From Heteronotia binoei (taxonomy: Eukaryota), in contig NC_083223.1 in the NCBI RefSeq assembly GCF_032191835.1, positions 84,072,001 through 84,136,000 on the forward strand: a stretch of DNA of 64,000 bases, read 5' to 3'. Positions 1 to 11,501 of this stretch are shown piece after piece; the stretch's first letter is position 1, and the number at the start of each line of letters is the position of its first letter. Below the pieces are notes generated by a model. That model saw only the letters and a program-made list of their open reading frames with translations. It did no database searches and had not been told where the DNA came from. The translations under genes and the position numbers were made by a program.

Positions 1-412
1 ATAGCTCCTGAACACATTGACTGTGTAATCAAGTCCTGAAATGTGATGAATGTACAGCTATATTATTCTCCTCCTTTTAAACTTAAATTCAGGAAACTTC
101 TACAGGGTGATGAAATACCACTAGGAACAAAAGAAACAATTCTGTATTTTTAAAATCAGTTTACCGACCTTCTATTGGCTTAGAAGCAATCAGGATTTAT
201 GACTCCACTAGTTTTGCTGGAAAAAAGCATAGAGATGTATAGGTCCTGTAATGCTTTCAGCCCAGTTATTTTTTGATAGATGTGAGATATTGGAAGTGCG
301 ATTTAATGGTGCTGAAATATTATGAAGTTTATGTGGGTGTCAGCACAGAGGCTCGAGCAGATTCAGATGGAGATATAGTTGCTCAGTAGTCATAGGAGAA
401 GAAAAGAGCAAG

Positions 413-668
413 ACCATTTTCGCACACAGCTTACCACGCAGTCACATTCCTGTTCTCTCCGCAGCGTCCATTGGATTTCCCACTATCTGCGCCGAAGTTA
501 CAGGAAATGCCGCAGCTTTTGCGTAGCAAACGTAAACTGCTAAAACCCAGTTAACGTTTGCTACACAAAAGCCACGGCACTTCCTGTAATTCAGATAGTG
601 GGAAATCCGACGGACGCTGCGGAGAGAACAGGAATGTGACCGCGTGGTAAGCTGTGTGTGAAAATGGT
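413..668. mobile_element. Foldback (palindromic) MITE
   Basis: About 120-bp arms roughly 90% complementary (accattttcgcacacagc... / ...gctgtgtgtgaaaatggt) around a short loop. Confidence 0.85.
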
Positions 669-672
669 ACAA

Positions 673-735
673 GAGTCCCATAGCACCTAAAAGACTAACA
701 AAATTTGTGGCAGTGTATGAGCTTTCGTGAGTTAC
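673..735. mobile_element. Penelope-like element terminal fragment
   Basis: gagtcccatagcacctaaaagactaacaaaatttgtggcag...gagctttcgtgag resembles reptile Penelope pseudo-LTR (from memory). Confidence 0.6.
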
Positions 736-1002
736 TACCAATTCATGAGTTACTACCTAAGTTACTACCAATTCCCACTTCTAGGAAGAATGGCCAATGG
801 CAAGAAATTAGGTTTGGGGAAGAAGCTGTGTGGGTGTTCTGGCATAACAAAGGAATTTAGTCACCTCTGTCTAAAGGCTTGGCTTGGGAGAAAGGATGCA
901 CCTAAAGTGAACTCAGATTCTCTGGAAAGTTTGTCTCTCACAGGGAGAAATAATATCACTCAAATTCAAGAAATATCTGGGGACTTTGGGAGTGGAGCAA
1001 GG

Positions 1003-3300
1003 CAGGCCCGTAGCTACAAGGGGGCCTGTGGGGGAACAGCCCCCTGACTTCTGGGTGAGGCCCCCTGACTGGAGGCCCCAACCAGTCCCCAGGGCCTCTG
1101 CCATAGCTCCGGGGGCTGCTGCTGGCCGCACGAGCAATTTGGCTGGCCAGGGGCAGAAGCAGCCTCCCCCTGGAGTTAAAGGGCCAGCAGATCAGCTGTT
1201 TTGCGGGCCCTTAAACTCCAGAGTGACAGGGAGGGTTGTGACCAGAGTGACAGGGAGGGAAAAGAAGGGACTTCTTTTCCCTCCCTGCTGCTCTTGCATC
1301 TGCCTCCCTCCCTCCCTCCCTCGCCATTAAAATAGCTGAGCCGGTGGAGCAGAAGCAGCTGCCCACCTCCCTGTGCCAGTTAAAGGGCCCGACAATCACC
1401 TGTTTCACGAGCCCTTTAAGTAGCGGGGGGGGGGGGCTGGGGCTGCATCTGCCTCCACTACACGCTATTTTAATGGCGGGGAAGGAAGGGAGGGTGGTGG
1501 CGAGGGGCAGGCAAGGAAGAGCTTCCCTTCCCTTCTCTCCCTGCTGCTTTTCCGGCCACCACCCTTCCTTCCTTCACAGCCACTTGCCCCTTCCCCTCCC
1601 ACCCAGCCCTGATTGCAGCAGCTTCTCCTCTTCTCTCCCCTTCCCCTCCCTCCCAGCTCCGATTGCAGTGGCTTCTTCTTGCCCCTTCCCCTTCCTCCCA
1701 GCCCCGATCGCAGTGGCTTCTCCTCGTCCCTTCTCCTCCCACCCAGCCCCAATCGCAACAACTTTTCCTTGTCCCTTCCCCTCCCACCCAGCCCTGATCG
1801 CAGTCACTTCTCCTGCCCCTTCCCCTCCCTTCCACCCCCGATCACCACTGCTTCTCCTCTCCCCTTCCCCTCCCACCCAGCCCTGATCGTAGCCACTTTT
1901 CTTGCCCCTTCCCCTACCACCCAGCCCCATCGCAGCGGCTTCTCCTTGCCTCTTCCCCTCCCTCCCAGCCCCGATCACAGCCACTTGCTTGCCTCGCAGC
2001 CTCGATCACAGCGGCTTCTCCTCACCTCTTTCTCTACCACCCAGCCCCGATCGCAGCCACTTCTCCTGCCCCTTCCCCTCCCTCCCTCCCAGCCCCATCG
2101 CAGTGGCTTCTCCTCATCCCTTCCCCTCCCACCCAGCCCCGATCGCAGCCGCTTCTCCTGCCCCTTCCCCTCCCTCCCAGCCCCATCGCAGCGGCTTCTC
2201 CTCGCCCCTTCCTCTCCCATCCAGCCCCATCGCCACAGCTTCTCCTCGCCTCTTCCTCTCCCACCCAGCCCCATCGCAGTGGCTTCTCGCTCCTTCCTCT
2301 CCCACCCAACCCCATCACCACTGCTTCTCCTCGCCCCTTCGCCTCCTACCCAGCCCCATCGCAGTGGCTTTTCCTCACCCCTTCCCCTCCCACCCAGCCC
2401 CATCGCAGCCACTTCTCCTGCCCCTTCCCCTCCCTCCCAGCCCTGATTGCCACTGCTTCTCCTCGCCCCTTCCCCTCCCACCCAGCCACTTCTCCTGCCC
2501 CTTCCCCTCCCTCCCAGCCCCAATCGCCACTGCTTCTCCTTGCCCCTTCTCCTCCCTCTCAACCCCAATCGCAGAGGCTTCTCCTCACCCCTTCCCCTCC
2601 CTCCCAGCCCCATTGCAGCGGCTTCTTCTTGCCTTTTCCCCTCCCACCCAGTCCCGATCGCAGCCACTTCTCCTGCCCCTTCCCCTCCCTCCCAGCTCTG
2701 ATCACCACTGCTTCTTCTCGCCCCTTTCCCCTCCCTCCCAGCCCCATTGCAGCGGCTTCTCCTTGCCTCTTCCCCTCCCACCCAGCCCTGATCACAGCCA
2801 CTTCTTCTGCCCCTTCCCCTCTCTCCCAGACCTGATCACCACTGCTTCTCCTCGCCCCTTTCCCTCCCACCCAGCCCCATTGCAGCAGCTTTTCCTCACC
2901 CCTTCCCCTCCCACCCAGACCCATCGCAGCCACTTCTCCTGCCCCTTCGCTTCCCTCCCAGCCCATCGCCACTGCTTCTCCTTGCCCCTTCCCCTCCCAC
3001 CCAGCCCCATCGCAGCGGTTTTTCCTCACCCCTTCCCCTCCCACCAAGCCCCATCGCTGCCTGCCTCTCCCCCCGCCTGTTCCTGCGAGTAGCCCCATGC
3101 CTGCTGCCTACTCGCAGGGCTACTCATGAGTAGGCGGCAGATCCGGTTACTCAGGCGGGGCGGAGCCGTACTGCCTAGCCAGAAGGGGGCCGACCCTGCC
3201 TGTCACTAGAGGAAAGGTTGTGTGGGGTGCTGTGGGGCATCAGTGCCCCCCCCCCAAATGTAAATGCCCCCCAACCCTCCAAATCCTGGCTACAGCCCTG
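1003..3300. mobile_element. Non-autonomous hAT element carrying a minisatellite
   Basis: 8-bp TSD GAGCAAGG (995-1002, 3301-3308); imperfect TIRs CAGGCCCGTAGCTA / TGGCTACAGCCCTG. Confidence 0.88.
1500..3080. repeat. C/T-rich minisatellite, about 44-bp unit, roughly 35 copies
   Basis: Unit like ccccttcccctccctcccagccccatcgcagcggcttctcctcg; source of the Pro-rich and Gly-rich ORFs in the track. Confidence 0.95.
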
Positions 3301-4364
3301 GAGCAAGGAGACATGGGGTGCAGCAAGGTTGTGACAAGCATAATTGAAGTCCAAAGGGAGTTCTGCCATCACATTTAAAGGGACCAATTGTTTTGCCTCA
3401 ATTGGAAATAATGGAGGATAGGGGCACCTTCTCATGAGGATCATAGAATTGGACCTCCTCATCCAATCTTTTTGAAATTTTGGGGATGTGTTGAGGAGAG
3501 ACACAAGATGCTATGCTGAAAATTTGGTGCCTCTATCTCAAGAAACAGCCTTCCTCAGAGCCCCAGATACCCACAAAACAATTTTCCATTATGGGAATTG
3601 GTCTCCGTAGGGAATAATGGAATGCTCAGCAGACATTTCCCTCCCTTGCTCCCACTTTCTGATTACTCTGAAGTGGGGGAGGACCTCCAAACTGGGGGAT
3701 CTCCTGCCCCCACCTGAGGATTGACAACCCTAGTCAGTAGGCTGGGCAGAAGAAGCTATGACACGTGGCAAAGATGTGGACCTTAGTGATTCTGTTTTTT
3801 TAAAAAAAGAACTTTATTTATACTTATACAACACATACACTACTAAGAAAATACAAATAACAAAGTAATGTCAGGGCATTGAATTAAGATACAAAATGAT
3901 AAAAAGCCAAAGTTAATGACAGAACATAAAATGCATCTCTGATAGCAATTAGGAGTGACATATATTAGAAAAATAGCAAATCACTGTAGACTACATAGTT
4001 AGGAACTACATTTTGCTACATGTAATTGTAGACTACAAATTACTGTAGACTACATAGTTAGGAACTACAAGTTTGGCATGAGGTAATGGTCTGTGATTTT
4101 GCACAGGAGAAAATATTCCCACACCTTGTTTTGCCAAGACAATAATAAAGGTAGGCTTGTGTCCCAGCTTTGCAGCAATTAGAATCCTATTACTGGCTAA
4201 CTGAGTTGTAATAAAAAGTTGTCAACTTTTGTTTCCAAAGTCTACAGGTAGCTTAGATAATAAAAGGATTTCTGGCTTGGCAGGAACCTTGACTCCTGTT
4301 AACATAAAAATGTGCTCTAAAATCAGCTGCCAAAATGAGAAAATGCAAGGGTAATACAACCAGC

Positions 4365-4661
4365 AGAGCCCTTTGGTGCAGAGTAATAAAGCTGCCGTAA
4401 TGCTATCCTAAGCTCTGCTCATGAACTGAGTTTGATTCTGGTGGAAGCTGGGTTCAGGTAGCCGGCTCAAGGTTGACTCAACCTTCCATCATTCTGAGGT
4501 CAGTAAAATGAGTACCCAGCTTGCTGGGGGGAAAGTGTAGATGACTGAGGAAGGCAATGGCAAACCACCCCGTAAAAAGTTTGCCGTGAAAACATTGTGA
4601 AAGCAACGTCACCCTAGAGTCGGAAATGACTGGTGCTTGCACAGGGGACTACCTTTACCTT
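4365..4661 (+). mobile_element. Sauria SINE
   Basis: ggttgactcaaccttccatc...ggaaggcaatggcaaaccacc body, (acctt)n tail, 13-bp TSD TAATACAACCAGC (4352-4364, 4662-4674). Confidence 0.9.
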
Positions 4662-6503
4662 TAATACAACCAGCTGTGCAAGAACCAATGACAAACATAT
4701 TAGTCTTTCCTTTTTCCTTTTTTTTTTGTGTGTGGTGAAGTCATGCAAGTTAAGCTGTGGAGTTTTGACACTGAGCTGAGTTTCCTAAAAGAGGGACTTT
4801 GGGGGTAACGGACATGATAGAGGCCTTCAGGACTGGAATGATGATCATGCTCTAAGAAGGCTGGGAGTAGGCTGGAACAGCAACTTCCACTGCTTCTGGC
4901 CCTAAGACAAGCCCTTTTTCCTTTGTTACCAATGACAGGTGTGTATGTGCGTTCGTGCGCGCGAGGGTCATTGCTGGTAGCTGGGCTGTCAGCTGCATGC
5001 ATTGTCCTTTTAGTTGCCTCCAACAGCCAGGTTGTGTGTGTCACTGTCAGCTGTACCCTTTGTCCCCAGAGGATACTGCCCCAAGACCTGAGGAACCAGT
5101 AATCGCAAAAGTTGTGGCCTGATTTTCTTTTTGTTTTAAACATTTAAATTGTTGCTTAAACTTACAAAATAAACCTTAAAACAAGAAAGATGTGGTTGTA
5201 TTTAGAATTTCTAATATCTCTGCTTTACCCTGTTTAATATTTCCAGTGAAAGCCCTTCAGATTCAAGAGGATGGAACCTGACCTTGTTACAGAGTTCACC
5301 CTCAAGATAGTGTCCTCCACCTATCATCTTGATTTTCTTTCTCCTCCTCTGGAAGAAGTGTGTGTGTTTGCATGGGTATGGCATCCCCTCTCATTTTTCT
5401 TTTTTTTTTTTAAGTGGATTTGGAAAACAGTACAATCAGTTCTAAGTGTTTTTAATTGTAATGCAACTTTTTCTGAATGATCCTTTCAATAATATTGTTT
5501 GCGCATTTCTTACAAGATTACATAAGAAATGCCCTAGCCTTGATAGAAAAGGTCATTTTTTCTTGATTATTTCTAAACTCAGCCCTCATGTATGTTGCTC
5601 CTATGTTTAAATAACTCAATTACATCACCATAATTTAAATTTTTGTGTAATGAGAAGAGAGATCAGGGACATTAACATCTTTGTTTTCACTTTTGCTGGT
5701 ACACTGTCAGAGGGTTTGTTTTTTTTGTTAAATATGAGAACAAATGTTACTTTAAGATGTTTCCATATCCTTTTAAACTTCATTTCATTTCTCACAATAC
5801 CATTTCTATCATTTTTAAAAAAGTGATATGGAACTATCTTAAAAAGGATATGTGGACCATTTTCCATTTATTATGGATTTTATTTTTTTAAGCTTTCTAC
5901 TTTGGATCTTATAGGACTATATGACTCGATGAACCTTGGACACTTGTTTCTGACAAAGATAGAAGATCTTTTGCAAATTTGTTGTGTGCTGAATTTTTGT
6001 TTTGTTTTTGTTCTGCACAATCAAAAATCAATTTCTTTTCTGTTCTTCCCTTTTATTTGTTTTATAGTCAATGTTGTAGTAATCTCCACTGGTTTTAAAA
6101 CTTACAAATTTAAAACTTTGAAATCACTTTTGAAGTATATGTTCTATACTCTACAAAATGTATGAGTGCTGGACATAAATGATCAAATTATCTTGCATTT
6201 GATGTGCCAAAATAAGTTTTCTATGACTAAAAACTGGTTCTGGCAAAAATAATCTAACAAGATTAATTGTTAATCCCTGATTTCAGTGCCAAAACAAAGG
6301 CTAGTCGTTTACTTGCTTTCCATTTGGGAAGGCCAAACAAACAGACAAAAACTCTGGGACTATTTGAAGGATCAGTATACCACAGTTATTTAATAATTTT
6401 GTGGTCTGCGCTAATCTTGAACACAACCAAAACTTGCTATCTATTTCCATTCACAAAGTAAATTTTAGGGCAAGAAGTAATCTTTAATAGTATCATAGTA
6501 GTT

Positions 6504-6577
6504 GAGAGCCAGTTTGGTGTAGTGGTTAAGTGTACGGACTCTTAGCTGGGAGAACCAGATTTGATCCCCCACCTCCA
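6504..6577 (+). mobile_element. tRNA-derived SINE head, target of the Gypsy insertion
   Basis: gagagccagtttggtgtagtggttaag...gatttgatcccc (A/B-box-like); same family as 22320-22598. Confidence 0.75.
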
Positions 6578-7170
6578 TGTCACGGCTGGGGCCGGGTCAG
6601 GCAAAGTCCAGAGGCAGTCCGAGGTCTGTAGCCAGTAAGCAGGAGGGTCCGAGGCGCCAAATCCGAATCACTGTAGAAGTATCGCAGGTCTGAGGTCCAG
6701 AAGCCGAGGTCAGGGAGTCCAGAAGTCCAAAGCCAAAGTCAGGGAGTCAGGAACCAAAGTCAAGCCGGAGTGGATGCTAGAATGTCAGGGAGATGACTAG
6801 TTGCTTCCACAAAGCTTCCTCCCAAAGCCCACAGCTATATAGCCCTCTGCTGGCTGTTGCCCGTTTGGGCTAATTGCTGGCTCAGGGAGGCAGCCAGGAT
6901 CCTGTTACCACTCAAGCATCCTTGCTCTTAGAAGGGCCAGAATCCTCTCAGAACTCAGGGCTCAGGGAGCGTCTTGCTTGTGAGCGTGCCGCCCTCCTCC
7001 GATCCCTGAGGTCCTGCCGGAGGCGGTCACGCACACGAGCCACCCGAGAGGGCGAGGCAGGGGGGCTGGGATCTTCTCCAGCAGGAGGCAGGGGCACTGG
7101 TGCAGGTGGCAGGGGCACAGTTTCCTCATCAGACTCAACTTCCTCTGAAGGGTCCCCAGCACCCATGACA
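6578..7170 (-). repeat. 3' LTR of the Gypsy element
   Basis: Copy of 11502-12094; substitutions in ggccgg/ggcctg, gcccgt/gcctgt and gagcgt/gagcat. Confidence 0.97.
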
Positions 7171-10100
7171 CTATCCCCCCCCCCAGGGCCCCCCTCCGTC
7201 GAGGGACCTGGAAGGTCGGGGTGGTCGTTGTGGAACTGGTGCACCAAGTCCGGGGCATGAAGATTGTCCTCGGGCTCCCAAGACCGGTCTTCTGGGCCGT
7301 ATCCCTCCCAGTCCACCAGGTACTGGAGGCCTCCACGATGGTACCGGGAGTCCAGGATCTGGCGCACCTCATATTCTTCCTCGTCATCCACCAACACTGG
7401 TGGTGGCGGCGGTGGGGAAGGAGTCCGAGCTGGGTCAGGGGGTGCAGCCGGAACAAGGAGGGAGCGATGAAACACGGGGTGAATGCGGAGGTGGGGTGGC
7501 AACTGGAGCCTGAAGGCGACGGGGTTTATTTGTTCAACGACGGGGTAGGGTCCAATGAACCGTGCATCCAGCTTGTGAGACCGACCAGGCCGGCGCAGGT
7601 AGCGAGTTGAGAGCCACACCTGATCCCCCGGCTGCACTGGAGGGCCTTCTTGCCTCTTTCGGTCCGCAGCCCGTTTATATGCCTCCTTGGCTTGCTGTAG
7701 CTGCTCTCGGAGCAAGTCTTGGCTGGCACGGAGTTCTTGCAGGTAGGCATCGACGGCGGGGACATTCGTGGGTGGTAGCATCGCTGGGAAGAACCGAGGG
7801 TGGTACCCGTAGGTTGCAGCAAACGGGGTCATTTGGGTGGATGAATGGACCGCGTTGTTGTATGCAAACTCCGCTAGGGGCAATAGAGTGGTCCAGTCAT
7901 CCTGCTGGTAACAGGTGTAACAGCGGAGATATTGCTCTAGCGTGGCATTGGTGCGCTCTGTCTGGCCATCTGTCTGTGGGTGGTAGGCCGAGGACAGGTG
8001 CACTCGAGTACCCAGGCTGGAATGGAGGGCTTGCCAGAACCGAGAGGAGAACTGAGGGCCCCGATCGGAGATCAGATGGGCTGGGAGTCCATGCAGACGA
8101 AAGATGTGTTGCAGGTAAAGCTGGGCCGTCTCCTGAGCTGTGGGGAGTTTCGGGCACGGAACAAAGTGGGCCATCTTGGTAAATAGGTCGACGACCACCC
8201 AGATACAAGTCTGACCCTTGGAGCGTGGAAGTTCCGTGATGAAGTCCATCGAGATGGTATCCCAGGGTCCTGAAGATGTGGGCAAGGGCTGCAGCAACCC
8301 TGAGGGTTTGGCTGGGATGTCTTTGGCCCGTCGGCAGACGTCACAGGAGCTGACATAGCGGGCAACATCAGCGCGAACTCGTGGCCACCAGAATTCCCTT
8401 GTCAGCAAGTGGGTGGTCTTATGCTGTCCAAAGTGCCCGGCGGGTAACGAGTCGTGGGTCAGGCGTAGCACTTCTGCCCGCAAGGGCCCGGGCGGCACAT
8501 AGAGGCGTTCGCGGTGTAGCAAGAGGCCGCCTCGAGTCGTGAACTCCCCTGTTGGGTCATCTTGGAGAGCCTGGAGGTGTTGCTGGACCCAGGGATCATT
8601 GGCCTGGCTAGCCCGAATGTCCTCCACGAGTGCTGGTGAAGTGGAGGTGGCTGCAAATACTGAGGGCGGCAGGATAGGAGCAGCGGGCGCGGTCTCAGTT
8701 GAGGCAGGGGCGTATTCCGGTTTCCGGGAGAGCGCGTCTGCTTTCCGGTTCTGGGTATGGGGGATGTAGGAGATCCGGAAGTCGAAGCGAGAGAAGAATA
8801 GGGACCACCGGATCTGGCGCTGGTTGAGACGGCGGGTGGTCTGGAGGTGTTCCAAGTTCCGGTGATCGGTGAGCACTTGAACAGGGTGGCGAGCCCCTTC
8901 GAGGTAATGTCGCCAAACCTCAAACGCCGCCTTGATCGCGAGCAACTCCCTCTCCCAGATGGTATAGTTCCTCTCTGCAGCAGTGAGCTGCCGCGAGTAA
9001 TAGGCGCAGGGCTGTAGTGGCTGGGACGGCTCCTCGCGCTGGGACAGCACTGCTCCCAGGGCCACGTTGGAGGCATCAGCTTCCACCGTAAAGGGAAGCT
9101 GGGGGTCGGGGTATCTCAGGAGTGGCCCGGTGGCAAAGCGAGTCTTCAGGGTGGAGAAGGCGTTATCGGCCTCTGGGGACCAGTGGGAGGGTTCTTTGGG
9201 GCGGAGTAGTTGAGTCAGGGGTGTGGTCAGGGATGCGTAGGCCGGGATGAATTGCCGATAGTAGTTGGCAAAACCGAGGAACCGCTGCAGGTCTTTGCGA
9301 TTCTGAGGAGCCTGCCAGGTCAGGACCGCTTCTACTTTTTTCGGGTCCATGAGGATCCCCTGCGGTGACACGATGTGCCCAAGGAACTCGACGGAGCGCA
9401 GGTCGAAGTCGCACTTCTCCAGCTTGGCGTAGAGACCATGGGCTCGTAGGCGCTGCAGGACCTGGCGGACGTGCTCGGCGTGCTGCGCAGGATTGCGGGA
9501 GTAAATTAGGATGTCGTCCAGGTATATGATCGCGAAGCGGTCGAGCAGGTCCCGGAATATGTCATTCATGAACCTCTGGAAGACAGCGGGGGCATTGGTC
9601 AGTCCGAAGGGCATTACCAGGTGCTCGTACTGCCCGTATCGGGTCCCAAACGCGGTCTTCCATTTGTCTCCGGGCCGTATGCGCACCAAATTGTACGCTC
9701 CACGGAGGTCCAGCTTGGTGTAGATTTGGGCCCCCTTTAGGCGATCCAAGAGTTCAGGGATCAGTGGTAGAGGGTACCGGTCGCGGATGGTGATCTTGTT
9801 CAGGGCCCGGTAGTCATTGCACAGCCGGAGCTCCCCACTTTTCTTCTTCACGAAGAGCACTGGAGCAGATAGGGGAGAGGTTGAGGGTCGGATGAATCCG
9901 CGTTTCAGGTTCTTGTCCAGGAAGTCTCGCAGAGCTGCCAACTCCGGCTCCGACATTGGGTACAGACGCCCCACCGGGAGTGGTGCCCCAGGTACCAAAT
10001 CAATGGCACAGTCGTAGGGCCGGTGAGGGGGAAGCTGATCAGCTCCTGTCTCTTCAAAGACATCAGCAAAGTCCACATACTTCTGAGGGAGCTGAGGACC

Positions 10101-10634
10101 ACCACTCGGGATGCCAGCTGCTAGAGTGGTGGGAGGAGTCAGATGGGGGCATGGGTCTCGGAAGCGTAGTTCCTGCTGGGCCCAGTCCACGATGGGGTTG
10201 TGCAGCTTCAGCCAGGAAAGGCCTAGAATCAGCGGGAAGCGAGGCATGCGGGCGACATCAAACCGCAGCTGTTCTTGGTGCTGCTGGACGTGGAAGGTGA
10301 TGGGACAGGTCTCCTGGGTGACGGGGCCAGAACGGAGGAGGCGCCCGTCAATAGCCTCCACCAGCGACGGAATCCCTTTTGTCTGCACAGGGATCTGGTG
10401 CTGCTTCACAAAGGCGGCATCTATAAAACAGTGGGCCGCTCCCGAGTCCAGCATGGCATACACGAACAGCCAGCGTTCGTCAGGCAGACGGAGTTTGACT
10501 GGTAGCAGGAATGGCCCTGGGGTATCAGCCCGCTGTTCGGAGGACCCAGCTAGTCGCCCCAGGCTGGGGGGTCCACTTACGCCTGGGGCTGCCCTTTTGG
10601 CGGCGGTGGCAGCGAAGGTCCAGGTATCCGATGC
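6948..10634 (-). CDS. pol: Pol (protease-RT-RNase H-integrase-chromodomain), in the -1 frame relative to gag
   Basis: Protease LDSGA; [10 protein letters not shown]; RNase H EADAS...ERELLAI; integrase HHCC (H-x6-H...C-x2-C) and D,D,E core; GPY/F motif; chromodomain [11 protein letters not shown]...[17 protein letters not shown]. The frame stays open upstream of the listed ORF start (10463) back to a TAA at 10637-10635. Confidence 0.97.
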   Translation of the reverse strand, partial: ASDTWTFAATAAKRAAPGVSGPPSLGRLAGSSEQRADTPGPFLLPVKLRLPDERWLFVYAMLDSGAAHCFIDAAFVKQHQIPVQTKGIPSLVEAIDGRLLRSGPVTQETCPITFHVQQHQEQLRFDVARMPRFPLILGLSWLKLHNPIVDWAQQELRFRDPCPHLTPPTTLAAGIPSGGPQLPQKYVDFADVFEETGADQLPPHRPYDCAIDLVPGAPLPVGRLYPMSEPELAALRDFLDKNLKRGFIRPSTSPLSAPVLFVKKKSGELRLCNDYRALNKITIRDRYPLPLIPELLDRLKGAQIYTKLDLRGAYNLVRIRPGDKWKTAFGTRYGQYEHLVMPFGLTNAPAVFQRFMNDIFRDLLDRFAIIYLDDILIYSRNPAQHAEHVRQVLQRLRAHGLYAKLEKCDFDLRSVEFLGHIVSPQGILMDPKKVEAVLTWQAPQNRKDLQRFLGFANYYRQFIPAYASLTTPLTQLLRPKEPSHWSPEADNAFSTLKTRFATGPLLRYPDPQLPFTVEADASNVALGAVLSQREEPSQPLQPCAYYSRQLTAAERNYTIWERELLAIKAAFEVWRHYLEGARHPVQVLTDHRNLEHLQTTRRLNQRQIRWSLFFSRFDFRISYIPHTQNRKADALSRKPEYAPASTETAPAAPILPPSVFAATSTSPALVEDIRASQANDPWVQQHLQALQDDPTGEFTTRGGLLLHRERLYVPPGPLRAEVLRLTHDSLPAGHFGQHKTTHLLTREFWWPRVRADVARYVSSCDVCRRAKDIPAKPSGLLQPLPTSSGPWDTISMDFITELPRSKGQTCIWVVVDLFTKMAHFVPCPKLPTAQETAQLYLQHIFRLHGLPAHLISDRGPQFSSRFWQALHSSLGTRVHLSSAYHPQTDGQTERTNATLEQYLRCYTCYQQDDWTTLLPLAEFAYNNAVHSSTQMTPFAATYGYHPRFFPAMLPPTNVPAVDAYLQELRASQDLLREQLQQAKEAYKRAADRKRQEGPPVQPGDQVWLSTRYLRRPGRSHKLDARFIGPYPVVEQINPVAFRLQLPPHLRIHPVFHRSLLVPAAPPDPARTPSPPPPPPVLVDDEEEYEVRQILDSRYHRGGLQYLVDWEGYGPEDRSWEPEDNLHAPDLVHQFHNDHPDLPGPSTEGGPGGGDSVMGAGDPSEEVESDEETVPLPPAPVPLPPAGEDPSPPASPSRVARVRDRLRQDLRDRRRAARSQARRSLSPEF
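7171..7197 (-). promoter_or_regulatory. Polypurine tract
   Basis: Minus strand GGAGGGGGGCCCTGGGGGGGGGGGGATAG directly abuts the 3' LTR. Confidence 0.85.
10542..10601 (-). promoter_or_regulatory. Putative -1 ribosomal frameshift signal (heptamer plus H-type pseudoknot)
   Basis: G_CCA_AAA (10601-10595), 5-nt spacer, stem 1 GCCCCAGGC/GCCTGGGGC (10589-10581 with 10564-10556), stem 2 GGACCC/GGGTCC (10574-10569 with 10547-10542). Confidence 0.75.
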
Positions 10635-11467
10635 TTAGCAGGGCAGCCAGAGGCATAGTGGCCTGCCGTGCCGCAGTAGAGGCACAGATTCTGCGTGCGG
10701 CGTCTGGTCTTTTCCTCTGGGGTCAGGCGGGGTCGAGCAGCTCCAAGCTGCATAGGCTCGTCCTTGGTGCTGGTACTAGCTGGGGACGGGCGAGGAGCCA
10801 GGTAGCACGGCGCAGGGAGCTGGCGCCCTCTGGTCTTGGCTTGGCGGCGACTTTCCAGGCGGCCATCGATGCGGAGGCAGAGGGTGATAAGTTCTTGGAG
10901 CGTGGGTGGCTGCTCCACCCTGGCCAGTTCATCCAGGACCTCCTCTGCCAACCCCTCAGTAAACTGGTCCATCTGGGCAGCCTCATTCCACGCCAAGTCC
11001 TGGGTCAGGAGCTTGAATTCAGTGGCATATTGAGCCACCGAGGAGTTGCCTTGTTTCAGTGCCCTGATCTTCCGGTTAGCTGTGGCTGCTTGGACTGGGT
11101 TTGAGAAAGCAGCAGACAGGTGGGCCTCAAACCCCTGGTAATCAGTCAGTAGGGGAGAGGACGCGACCAGTAAGGGTGTGGCCCATTTGGCCGCCTGCCC
11201 CTTTAACAGACCGATGACGAAACACACCTTGGTTTTGTCATTGAGGAAGTCCCGTGCTCTCAGTTCAAAGTACAGCCGACACTGTGCTAGGAAGGCAGGA
11301 AATTCTTCCACGGCACCCCCAAATCTGTCAGGTGGGGGAACTGGGCACTTGGCTGGAGCACTGGCCGCAGGTTGTTGCTGCAAGTGCACTACTGCCTGTG
11401 TTAGCTGCTGTACCTGGGCTTGGAGCGCAGCCAGTAGTTCTGTGGTTTCACTTGCTTCAGCATCCAT
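10577..11467 (-). CDS. gag: Gag (retrotransposon gag/capsid domain plus CCHC zinc knuckle), 296 aa
   Basis: N-terminal coiled coil, PPDRFGG...FLAQC...[17 protein letters not shown] capsid motif as in PEG10/RTL proteins, and [14 protein letters not shown] knuckle. Confidence 0.96.
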   Translation of the reverse strand: MDAEASETTELLAALQAQVQQLTQAVVHLQQQPAASAPAKCPVPPPDRFGGAVEEFPAFLAQCRLYFELRARDFLNDKTKVCFVIGLLKGQAAKWATPLLVASSPLLTDYQGFEAHLSAAFSNPVQAATANRKIRALKQGNSSVAQYATEFKLLTQDLAWNEAAQMDQFTEGLAEEVLDELARVEQPPTLQELITLCLRIDGRLESRRQAKTRGRQLPAPCYLAPRPSPASTSTKDEPMQLGAARPRLTPEEKTRRRTQNLCLYCGTAGHYASGCPAKHRIPGPSLPPPPKGQPQA

Positions 11468-11489
11468 CCTGTGGAGTGGGTGTTTGTCG

Positions 11490-11501
11490 GTGGAAGCAAT
11501 C
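11490..11501 (-). promoter_or_regulatory. Non-tRNA primer-binding site (self-priming type)
   Basis: GA-TTGCTTCCAC follows the 5' LTR; no TGG start; complementary over 10 nt to GTGGAAGCAA at 11734-11725 in the LTR. Confidence 0.8.

Noticed and set aside
1500-3080. CRISPR-like array
   Set aside because: Degenerate head-to-tail units with no unique spacers, in vertebrate DNA with no cas genes; the same applies to the 165-bp repeat at 35279-35719.
1344-3098. Many long Pro/Ser-rich and Gly/Arg-rich ORFs (up to 396 aa)
   Set aside because: They are translations of a stop-poor minisatellite in several frames on both strands.
3983-4068. Small tandem duplications (also near 727-770, 32190-32238, 57579-57621)
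   Set aside because: Ordinary short slippage duplications with no further structure.
11480-11501. Canonical tRNA primer-binding site
   Set aside because: No TGG next to the LTR; the sequence matches the element's own R region instead.
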